Origin: a virus
Lineage: Duplodnaviria > Caudoviricetes
Strand: one strand, 5' to 3'
IMG/VR virus record: IMGVR_UViG_3300044614_001923
Length of the DNA: 64,000 nucleotides
Shown here: piece by piece, positions 56,193 through 64,000 of the stretch
Layout of the letters: each line of letters opens with the position of its first letter
How positions within the stretch are numbered: the stretch's first letter is position 1
Notes under the pieces: generated by a model
Told to the model about the DNA's origin: nothing
The model's input: the letters and a program-made list of their open reading frames with translations, nothing else
The model's database searches: none
Program-made: the position numbers and the translations under genes

Positions 56193-57275
56193 TTAAGTTA
56201 AACCAGCTCCAGAAATTATAAATACGGGATTGGCACCTCCAGTGACACAAAGAAGTGTGCAGATACCATATTGAGCAAGCGTTCTAGTGCCCGTAGTTGC
56301 TGTAGCAGCAAGTCTTAAAGTTACGTTTGTACCTTGAGTTATTGTTTGAGATGATCCAGAGTCGTTATATACAGTTACAACATCTCCAACAGAAAAAATA
56401 CTAGCATTAACTGTAACTCCTCCAGTTGTTATATCAATATGTTTTCCAGCATCTGATGCTGCCAGTATATAAGCACCTGTTTGAGCATTTTGAGGAATTG
56501 CTCTTACATCACCCTTACTATCATTAACAGTTGATGAAGTAGTAACTCCAACAACGGTTAGATTTCTTGCAGTAGAGAATCCAGTAACAGCTAGAGTAGT
56601 AGTAGTAACAATACCTGTAGCGGATATACCACCAGTAAAGTTTCCATTACCAGCGACGTCGAGTTTTGATATCGGATTTGTTGTTCCTACACCAACATTA
56701 CCTCCCAAATATTTTAATGTTAAAACATCTAGTGTAGCGCCATCATTTCTAGATCTATAAAATAGATCACTAGATCCTGTAGATACTGATCCGAAAGCCC
56801 AATCAAATAGTCCATTTGTTTGAAAGTCGAATGCATTTGTTCCTGAAGCATCAGGTCTATTTACACGAACTCTTGCTGTTTGTCCCGATACTTGAATATG
56901 ATTAGTAGCACCATTAATGCTTAAGAGATGATCTGGATTTGTGGTTCCTATGCCAAGATTACCACTTATATAACCACCACCAACAACTTGAAAATCTTGA
57001 TCTGCAGTACCTGTTGAAGTTCCAGTACCAATTAAAACTGGACCAGTAGTAAAAGTTGATACGCCACTAACGGTTACATTTGTCGCAGAAATTAAAGTTT
57101 TATTTGTAATTGCCTGCGTTGCTGCAATACCTACAAGTTCTTTTCCGCCAACAGTTGTTCCATCATGAACCACTGCAATATCTTTATCAGTATTAATCGT
57201 TATTTCCCCTTCGGCACCTGTAAAAGCGGCATGTTCTGCAGTAGTACCTCTCCTAAATTTTACACCCTTTACCAT
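56193..57275 (-). CDS. Tail fibre with Mtd_N anchor domain
   Basis: VKFRRGTTAEHAAFTGAEGEITINTDK..VVHDG..GGKEL; C-terminal domain shared with 3355..5859. Confidence 0.85.
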   Translation of the reverse strand: MVKGVKFRRGTTAEHAAFTGAEGEITINTDKDIAVVHDGTTVGGKELVGIAATQAITNKTLISATNVTVSGVSTFTTGPVLIGTGTSTGTADQDFQVVGGGYISGNLGIGTTNPDHLLSINGATNHIQVSGQTARVRVNRPDASGTNAFDFQTNGLFDWAFGSVSTGSSDLFYRSRNDGATLDVLTLKYLGGNVGVGTTNPISKLDVAGNGNFTGGISATGIVTTTTLAVTGFSTARNLTVVGVTTSSTVNDSKGDVRAIPQNAQTGAYILAASDAGKHIDITTGGVTVNASIFSVGDVVTVYNDSGSSQTITQGTNVTLRLAATATTGTRTLAQYGICTLLCVTGGANPVFIISGAGLT

Positions 57276-57319
57276 TAATCCAGTACCAGATTACTTTTAG
57301 TTATTTATTATATGATTTA

Positions 57320-60300
57320 TTATATGATAGTTACAAAGACGTATGGTTGCCTATAAACAATGTATGTACCAACTCCAACTCCATTTATTTCAATTAATCC
57401 ACCACCAATCTCAGTTGTAGGAGTATAAGATTCTCGTCCATTACCAACGATTGCAATTGTACCAGTTGCTTTATAGTTTGGTCTAAACTTATCAATAGCA
57501 GTTTCATTAATTGAAACTATTCCAGATCCAGTTATATTTGGAACATAGACTTGTATGTTCTGAGTTATTCCTCCAGAGAATAAAATAGATCCAGACCCAA
57601 TTTCTCTAAAGGTATTCTTCTCTACCTTAGATCCAGAGAACTCAAAGAGAACTGTATTTTCTGGTGGATTTGCACCAAAGACCTCGGCAGATCCTCCAAT
57701 TGCAGAGAATGATCCAGAACCAATTTCTGTAGCTGGAGTAAAGGATTGTGTAGAAGATCCAGAGAATGTGGCTGATCCAGATCCACTATAAATGAATACT
57801 GGTCTATTAAGAGAATCTCCGTTGACCTGGACAGATCCAGATCCAATTTCCCTAAAGGTACTCTTCTCTACCTTAGTACCAGAAACCTCAAAGAGAACTG
57901 TATTTTCTGGTGGATTTGCACCTATGGATTCTACAGAACCAACAATTGCAGAGAATGATCCAGAACCAAGTTCTCTAAAGGTATTCTTCTCTACCTTAGT
58001 ACCAGATACTTGGAATAGAACTGTAGAATCTGGAGGATTGATCAGTGTAGATTCTGCTGCTCCAGTAATTGCAGAAAGTGTTCCAGATCCTTTATATGAA
58101 GGTAATGATTTTTGGATTGCATTACCTGTTACTGATAATGTGCCAGTTCCTTGATGAGCATAAGTTGCCTTCAGATTACTATAAGATCCACTAATTTCAA
58201 AGAGAACTGTAGAATCTGGTGGATTGACTAAGGTAGACTCTGCAGATCCAGAGAACGCAGAGAATGATCCAGAACCAATTTCTGTTGTAGGAATGAACGA
58301 TTGTGGAGCAGATCCAGAGAATGTGGCCGATCCCTCTCCAACATGTATCGCTAGTGCTTCAAGAGCAATTATTGCCTCTCCAGAGAACTCAGCGGATCCA
58401 GAACCAATTTCGCTAAATGTATTCTTCTCTACCTTAGATCCAGAGAACTCAAAGAGAACTGTGGAATCTGGAGGATTAACACCTGTTGCTTCCGCTGATC
58501 CAGAGAACGCAGAGAATGATCCAGAACCAATTTCTGCTGTAGGAATAAATGCCTGAGGAGCAGATCCAGAGAATGTGGATGATCCTCTGCCAGCAAATCC
58601 AGGATTCTTTCTTGCCGTTCCTTCTCCAGAGAACTCAGCAGATCCAGAACCAATTTCGCTAAATGTATTCTTCTCTACCTTAGATCCAGAGAACTCAAAG
58701 AGAACTGTGGAATCTGGAGGATTAACACCTGTTGCTTCCGCTGATCCTCCAATTGTAGAGAATGATCCAGAACCAATTTCTGTAGCTGGAGTAAAGGATT
58801 GTGTAGAAGATCCAGAGAATGTGGATGATCCAGATCCAATTTCAACAAATCTATTCTGAAGATTTGTAGCACTTCCAGAAATTGTAACAAATCCAGTACC
58901 AATTTCTCTAAAGGTATTCTTCTCTACCTTAGTACCAGAAACATTAAAGAGAAGTGTAGAGTCTGGTGGATTAACCAGTGCAGATTCTGCTGCACCTGTA
59001 ATTGCAGAGAGAGTACCAGAACCAAGTTCTCTAAAGGAATTCTTCTCTACCTTAGTACCAGAGAACTCAGCGGATCCAGAACCAACCCATTCTGGAGTAC
59101 TCAGAATAATTGTAGTACCACTAAATGTAGCAGATCCAGAACCAATTTCTCTAAAGGTATTCTTTTCTACCTTAGTACCAGAAACATTAAAGAGAACTGT
59201 AGAATCTGGTGGATTGACACCTATTGCTTCCGCTGATCCAGAGAACGCAGAGAATGATCCAGAACCAATTTCTGTAGCTGGAGTAAAGGATTGTGGAGCA
59301 GATCCAGAGAATGTGACTGATCCAGATCCAGTTATGTATGGAACATATACTTGAACATCCTGAGTAATAGATCCAGATACCTGGATAGTTCCATAAGGAT
59401 ATGTTGTCTCATTAAATGGAGAGCTTAAAGTTCCATAATCTTCATAACCGACTTGATCACTGAGTAATCCATAATCATCGTAATCTTGTACAACGCTTAT
59501 AATGCCATGATCATCATATCCATCAAATATAAATATCGCTCTCTCATTATAAGAATAAGTGTTCTTCTCTACCTTAGTACCAGAGAACTCAAAGAGAACT
59601 GTAGAATCTGGTGGATTGACTAATCTAGATTCTGCTGATCCACTAATTGCAGAGAAAGATCCAGATCCAATTTCAGTAGATGGTATGAATGATTGTGAAG
59701 CAGATCCAGAGAAGGTAAGGACAACTGTAGAATCTGGTGGGTTGACTCCTGTTTCTTCAGCAGCACCTGTGATTGCAGAGAAAGATCCAGAACCAATTTC
59801 CCTTAAGGAACTCTTCTCTACCTTAGTTCCAGAGAAGGTAAGGACAACTGTAGAATCTGGAGGATTGACGCCAACAACCTCAGCAGCACCTGTAATTGCA
59901 GAGAATAATCCAGATCCAAGTTCCCTAAAGGTATTTTTCTCTACCTTAGTTCCAGAGAAATCTCCAGATCCCTCTGCTTTATGAACATAAAGTAATTTTG
60001 GTTCATATAATGCAGATCCAGATATTTCAACAGTACCAAAAGGATATGCATCTGCAGTATTAAAAATATAACGATAATCTTCAACTCCTGTTGTCAATTC
60101 AGAATCAATAATAAATCCATAATCAACAAATACTGTCGCAGTAGATCCTATACTTCCATAGTCATCTGGAGTTTGTGCAAGTATTATTGATCTCTCATTA
60201 TAAGAATAGGTATTCTTCTCTACTTTAGTACCAGAGAACTCAAAGAGAACTGTAGAATCTGGAGGATTGACGCCAGCAACCTCAGCAGCACCTGTGATTG

Positions 60301-62107
60301 CAGAGAATGATCCAGATCCAAGTTCTCTAAAGGTATTTTTCTCTACCTTAGTTCCAGAGAATATAGCAAGACCTGAAGTTGGAGGATTGACTCCAGTTTC
60401 TTCTGCAGCACCTGTGATTGCAGAGAAAGATCCAGATCCAAGTTCTCTAAAGGTATTCTTTTCTACCTTAGTACCAGAGAATATAGCAAGACCTGAAGTT
60501 GGAGGATTGACTCCTGTTTCTTCAGCGGCACCTGTGATTGCAGAGAGAGTACCAGATCCAAGTTCTCTAAAGGTATTTTTCTCTACCTTAGTACCAGAGA
60601 ACTCAGCGGAGCCCTCTGCTTTATGAATAAATTGAGTTAAGAATTCTGTAACTGCAGATCCAGATACCTGGATAGTTCCATAAGGATATGTTGTTTCATT
60701 AAATGGAGGATTTACAGATCCATAATCCTCATAAACGACTTGATCCGTAAGTAATCCATAATCATCATAATCTTGAATAACACTTATAACACCATGATCA
60801 TCGTATCCATCAAATATAAATATTGCTCTTTCATTATAAGAATAGGTATTCTTCTCTACTTTAGTACCAGAGAACTCAAAGAGAACTGTAGAATCTGGTG
60901 GGTTTGCTCCAACAACTTCAGCAGCACCTGTAATTGCAGAGAATGATCCAGAACCAATTTCCCTAAAGGAACTCTTCTCTACCTTAGTACCAAAGATTTC
61001 AAATAGTAAATTTTGATCTGGAGGATTGACTCCAGTTTCTTCCGCTGATCCAGAGAAGGTAGAGAAAGATCCAGATCCAAGTTCTCTAAAGGTATTCTTT
61101 TCTACCTTAGTACCAGAGAATATAGCAAGACCTGAAGTTGGAGGATTGACACCAGCAACCTCAGCAGCACCTGTAATTGCAGAGAATGATCCAGAACCAA
61201 TTTCCCTAAAGGTATTCTTTTCAACTTTGATTCCAGAAAACTCAGCAGATCCAGAACCTACATGGATAAATTGAGTTAAGAATTCTGTAACTGCAGATCC
61301 AGATACCTGGATAGTTCCATAAGGATAGGTTGTCTCATTAAATGGAGAGCTTAAAGTTCCATAGTCTTCATAAACAACTTGATCAGTAAGTAAACCATAA
61401 TCATCATAATCTTGTACAACGTTTATGAAACCATAATCATCGTATCCATCGAAGACAAATATCGCTCTCTCATTATAAGAATAAGTGTTCTTCTCTACTT
61501 TAGTACCAGAGAACTCAAAGAGAACTGTAGAATCTGGTGGGTTTGCTCCAACAACTTCTGCAGATCCAGAGAACGCAGAGAATGATCCAGATCCAATTTC
61601 CCTAAAGGAACTCTTCTCTACCTTAGTACCAGAAAAATCTCCAGATCCCTCTGCTTTATGAATATAAAGTAATTTTGGTTCATATAATGCAGATCCAGAG
61701 AACTCAATAGTTCCGTAAGGATATGCATCTCCAGTATAGTAAATATAACGATAGTCTAAAGCTTCAGTCTGATTATCTGCAATAGATCCATAATCAATAA
61801 AGGATGTTACAGTAGATCCTATGCTTCCATAGTCATCTGGCGACTGTGAAAGAATTATAGATCTTTCATTATAAGAATATGTCCGTTCTTCTAACGCATT
61901 ATCAAGATCAAATATGAATTTGCGCTGATCTTGATAATCTAAAAGTTCTTGTTGAGGTGTAAGTATAGATCCATAATCTTCTCGTTCTGTATCGGGAGAA
62001 GATACTAGACCTAAATTTACAGATTCTGTTGAAGATTGTGTTACTAAACCCCAATCTTCTTGAATATAATATTCAGGATATGAAAACGTCTTCAGGTTAA
62101 ATGTCAT
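57320..62107 (-). CDS. Repeat-rich acidic virion surface protein (1595 aa)
   Basis: About 20 copies of FSGTKVEKNTFRE(I/L)GSGSFSAxxGxAExxxVNPP, plus DYG-rich modules. Confidence 0.7.
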   Translation of the reverse strand: MTFNLKTFSYPEYYIQEDWGLVTQSSTESVNLGLVSSPDTEREDYGSILTPQQELLDYQDQRKFIFDLDNALEERTYSYNERSIILSQSPDDYGSIGSTVTSFIDYGSIADNQTEALDYRYIYYTGDAYPYGTIEFSGSALYEPKLLYIHKAEGSGDFSGTKVEKSSFREIGSGSFSAFSGSAEVVGANPPDSTVLFEFSGTKVEKNTYSYNERAIFVFDGYDDYGFINVVQDYDDYGLLTDQVVYEDYGTLSSPFNETTYPYGTIQVSGSAVTEFLTQFIHVGSGSAEFSGIKVEKNTFREIGSGSFSAITGAAEVAGVNPPTSGLAIFSGTKVEKNTFRELGSGSFSTFSGSAEETGVNPPDQNLLFEIFGTKVEKSSFREIGSGSFSAITGAAEVVGANPPDSTVLFEFSGTKVEKNTYSYNERAIFIFDGYDDHGVISVIQDYDDYGLLTDQVVYEDYGSVNPPFNETTYPYGTIQVSGSAVTEFLTQFIHKAEGSAEFSGTKVEKNTFRELGSGTLSAITGAAEETGVNPPTSGLAIFSGTKVEKNTFRELGSGSFSAITGAAEETGVNPPTSGLAIFSGTKVEKNTFRELGSGSFSAITGAAEVAGVNPPDSTVLFEFSGTKVEKNTYSYNERSIILAQTPDDYGSIGSTATVFVDYGFIIDSELTTGVEDYRYIFNTADAYPFGTVEISGSALYEPKLLYVHKAEGSGDFSGTKVEKNTFRELGSGLFSAITGAAEVVGVNPPDSTVVLTFSGTKVEKSSLREIGSGSFSAITGAAEETGVNPPDSTVVLTFSGSASQSFIPSTEIGSGSFSAISGSAESRLVNPPDSTVLFEFSGTKVEKNTYSYNERAIFIFDGYDDHGIISVVQDYDDYGLLSDQVGYEDYGTLSSPFNETTYPYGTIQVSGSITQDVQVYVPYITGSGSVTFSGSAPQSFTPATEIGSGSFSAFSGSAEAIGVNPPDSTVLFNVSGTKVEKNTFREIGSGSATFSGTTIILSTPEWVGSGSAEFSGTKVEKNSFRELGSGTLSAITGAAESALVNPPDSTLLFNVSGTKVEKNTFREIGTGFVTISGSATNLQNRFVEIGSGSSTFSGSSTQSFTPATEIGSGSFSTIGGSAEATGVNPPDSTVLFEFSGSKVEKNTFSEIGSGSAEFSGEGTARKNPGFAGRGSSTFSGSAPQAFIPTAEIGSGSFSAFSGSAEATGVNPPDSTVLFEFSGSKVEKNTFSEIGSGSAEFSGEAIIALEALAIHVGEGSATFSGSAPQSFIPTTEIGSGSFSAFSGSAESTLVNPPDSTVLFEISGSYSNLKATYAHQGTGTLSVTGNAIQKSLPSYKGSGTLSAITGAAESTLINPPDSTVLFQVSGTKVEKNTFRELGSGSFSAIVGSVESIGANPPENTVLFEVSGTKVEKSTFREIGSGSVQVNGDSLNRPVFIYSGSGSATFSGSSTQSFTPATEIGSGSFSAIGGSAEVFGANPPENTVLFEFSGSKVEKNTFREIGSGSILFSGGITQNIQVYVPNITGSGIVSINETAIDKFRPNYKATGTIAIVGNGRESYTPTTEIGGGLIEINGVGVGTYIVYRQPYVFVTII
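60260..60600 (-). repeat. Near-identical 120-nt tandem units
   Basis: Sequence at 60301/60421/60541 and at 60361/60481 aligns almost base for base. Confidence 0.9.
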
Positions 62108-62457
62108 CGTACTTTACCTGAAGCTAGATATGGAGATACTATTCTTTCAAGTCCATTTTCTATTTCAAATACTGTACCAAATCCAATCCAGGTCAAAATA
62201 ATCCCAAAGAAGACTATAGAATCTTCATTGAGATCTTCTATGCGAATAAAAATTGTAGTAAAGTTGTTTTTAGATGATCCCTTTATCTTAAAAGATTCTG
62301 TTTTTCCAGTAGAACAATACGAAAAAGAATTTGGAAGAGGTTTATCTTCCTCTTCATCTTCTAAATCATTATCTTTTTTTACGGGAATACTGCCACAATC
62401 TATGATTTCTGTTGGCAAATCAACTATACTGCCATAATCATCGGGAAAATTTTGCAC
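62104..62457 (-). CDS. Small acidic protein related to the repeat protein (GTG start)
   Basis: PDDYGSI motif shared with 57320..62107; GGAGG SD; ATGA overlap. Confidence 0.65.
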   Translation of the reverse strand: MQNFPDDYGSIVDLPTEIIDCGSIPVKKDNDLEDEEEDKPLPNSFSYCSTGKTESFKIKGSSKNNFTTIFIRIEDLNEDSIVFFGIILTWIGFGTVFEIENGLERIVSPYLASGKVR

Positions 62458-62474
62458 TCTCTACCCTCCATATG

Positions 62475-62504
62475 AAAATAGGGATTGCCCCCAAGAGCAA
62501 TCCC
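62475..62504 (-). terminator. Intrinsic terminator
   Basis: GGGATTGCTC-TTGG-GGGCAATCCC-TATTTT. Confidence 0.75.
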
Positions 62505-62536
62505 CAAAAACTAATCATATAATCTATAAGTATATA

Positions 62537-63583
62537 TCACTCAAGAGTTACGTTAAGAGTAACTTTAATTTCATCACCAGGGTTCTGAATTCTGTAAGGA
62601 CCATTTGTAAATCTTTCAGCGTAGAATACACTATTCAGAAGAGTTGCAGTTCCAGTACCATGAATAGCAGGAGTTGTAAAGAACTCTCTAAGTCCATTTA
62701 CGCTATGAACAGTATAGGTAGATGAAGTAATACCCCAGTTTGCGCCAGTGGTTGTTCCTGACTGATTACCTTGAATAAAGATTACATCTCCTGCAGCCAA
62801 TCCATGGTTTACAGATGTGCTGACCTTTGAGAAGTTAAATCTAACAGTTGATCCAGTAGCAACCTGAATGTTAGCAAGTAGAGGACTATCAAGATAAACA
62901 TATCCAGTCGCTCTGTCGACTCCAACAACCTGTGCGGTAGTAGCAATACCTACAGTGTTACCAGTAATTGCAAGGTGAGTCATTGCCATTCCGACAGTAA
63001 CTTCATCAACACCACCACTATTGATTTGAACGTAACGGTTTCCAATAACTCCAGTTACATCAGTTTTAGTAATAGCTGTTCCAGTACCAACAGTTGCGGC
63101 ATCTTGAACACCAAGTAGAGTAACAGGCATATTATTTGCTCTTGCAAGATAATATCCGTAGATGTAATCTGCGTTTGTATTCAGAGCAACGTCACCACTA
63201 AAGGTAAATGTTTGCTCTGGATATGTTGCAGTCACTGTAGTTCCACCAGTACCAGTTCTTCTAAGAACCCAGCGTGATCCATTTAATAGGATACCATAAT
63301 TTGATGTATAAGACTGATCACTTCTATTGTTTATGCAACTTGGATATCCAGTTACAGGTGCGGTTCCATAACCACATGAAGCAGCAGCTGCACCACCAGC
63401 ATATGGTTCATAATATTTGGTTCTGCTTGGTTCATCACCATCAGCAGGTGTAGTATTACTAGAATATAGTTTAAGAATTAAATTTCTTGGAGAAGTCTCA
63501 GAAAGGGTTGGCACATGATTATTTGCGCCAATCAGATATCTAAGTGATTCTACTTCACCAATAGCTGGTACTAACAGTGCCAT
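62537..63583 (-). CDS. Virion structural protein
   Basis: MALLVPAIGE..LILKLYSSNTTP..YPEQTFTF..IYGYY..YAERFTNGPY.IQNPGDEIKVTLNVTLE. Confidence 0.7.
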   Translation of the reverse strand: MALLVPAIGEVESLRYLIGANNHVPTLSETSPRNLILKLYSSNTTPADGDEPSRTKYYEPYAGGAAAASCGYGTAPVTGYPSCINNRSDQSYTSNYGILLNGSRWVLRRTGTGGTTVTATYPEQTFTFSGDVALNTNADYIYGYYLARANNMPVTLLGVQDAATVGTGTAITKTDVTGVIGNRYVQINSGGVDEVTVGMAMTHLAITGNTVGIATTAQVVGVDRATGYVYLDSPLLANIQVATGSTVRFNFSKVSTSVNHGLAAGDVIFIQGNQSGTTTGANWGITSSTYTVHSVNGLREFFTTPAIHGTGTATLLNSVFYAERFTNGPYRIQNPGDEIKVTLNVTLE

Positions 63584-63629
63584 CTAAAAATCTCCCTCGT
63601 TGGCTTTCGTGTTTAACTAAAGTTATTTA

Positions 63630-64000
63630 TCATAATTTCAATTTAAAGGATATTAGGAATTGCGTAATATCCACAGAATAATTTACCACAAATTTTATAA
63701 TATCCCCAGATAATATTGTAGTATTCCATCCAGTTAACGTATCATCAAATCCCTTATTTGTATTAGATATTGTAGGATAATTGCCAGAAACAATCGACGT
63801 AAAGGTAGGATAACTGGAATAATTTGATTTTTGAATATCAAGTTGAAGATTTCCAGGAGTTTCTGCAAATATCTTCCAAGAATCAATTATACCATTCACA
63901 TCAACTGTTAATAATCCTTTTTCACCTGGCGTCATATTTTGATTTCCGCTATCAACAATAAAATTGACAGTTCTAGTCAGATCAGCAGTTGTTACTAAAG
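63630..64000 (-). CDS. Structural protein, 3' part; frame is open to the window end
   Basis: Frame stays open upstream of the tracked Met (LVTTADLTRTVNFIVDSGNQNMTPGEKG...); GxIDSWxIxAxxxGxLQLDIQKxxYxxYP domain. Confidence 0.7.
   Translation of the reverse strand, partial: LVTTADLTRTVNFIVDSGNQNMTPGEKGLLTVDVNGIIDSWKIFAETPGNLQLDIQKSNYSSYPTFTSIVSGNYPTISNTNKGFDDTLTGWNTTILSGDIIKFVVNYSVDITQFLISFKLKL

Noticed and set aside
53252-57275. Diversity-generating retroelement suggested by Mtd_N domains
   Set aside because: Mtd_N is only the anchor domain; no reverse transcriptase and no TR/VR pair with adenine-specific mismatches
242-57275. Invertible tail-fibre cassette
   Set aside because: All fibre repeats are direct and on one strand; no invertase or flanking inverted repeats seen
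57622-61274. Many repetitive shadow ORFs in other frames and strands
   Set aside because: By-products of the repeat structure of the 1595-aa gene
57320-62107. Possible CRISPR-like array
   Set aside because: Repeats are in frame, degenerate at third positions and lack unique spacers
1-64000. Stop-codon reassignment, introns or inteins
   Set aside because: Core genes (gp32, gp59, phoH, thyX, gp26) translate full length in the standard code with no unexplained interruptions

Overview
A 64-kb segment of a T4-like cyanophage (Kyanoviridae-type myovirus) genome, AT-rich and almost entirely on the minus strand. It contains two tail-fibre/virion-accessory clusters (1-21.6 kb and 48.3-64 kb) that share paralogous giant proteins and shuffled fibre modules. 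Between them lie tRNA-Leu(TAG), tRNA-Thr(TGT), the baseplate/tail block (gp5, hub and tape-measure-like proteins, gp51, gp26, gp54-like, gp4, gp48, gp53), a replication/transcription block (gp32, gp59, gp33, exonuclease) and host-metabolism genes (cp12, phoH, thyX, speD, glutaredoxin). The host is inferred to be a cyanobacterium from CP12 and a glutamine-riboswitch/DUF4278 unit. The most notable observations are: (i) two glutamine-riboswitch-like aptamers that lack P3 and are mutually complementary, placed under a consensus sigma70 promoter upstream of a micro-ORF operon; (ii) two extreme Tyr/Trp and Arg/Trp inserts in a 1732-aa virion protein, absent from its paralogue; (iii) a stand-alone promoter-to-terminator unit for a ~70-nt ORF-less RNA next to the tRNAs; (iv) a T4-style hairpin/late-promoter gate on cp12; (v) a carboxylesterase translationally coupled to a tail-fibre gene. 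No CRISPR array, integrase, reverse transcriptase, intron or intein was recognised. All family calls come from motif recognition, not database searches.
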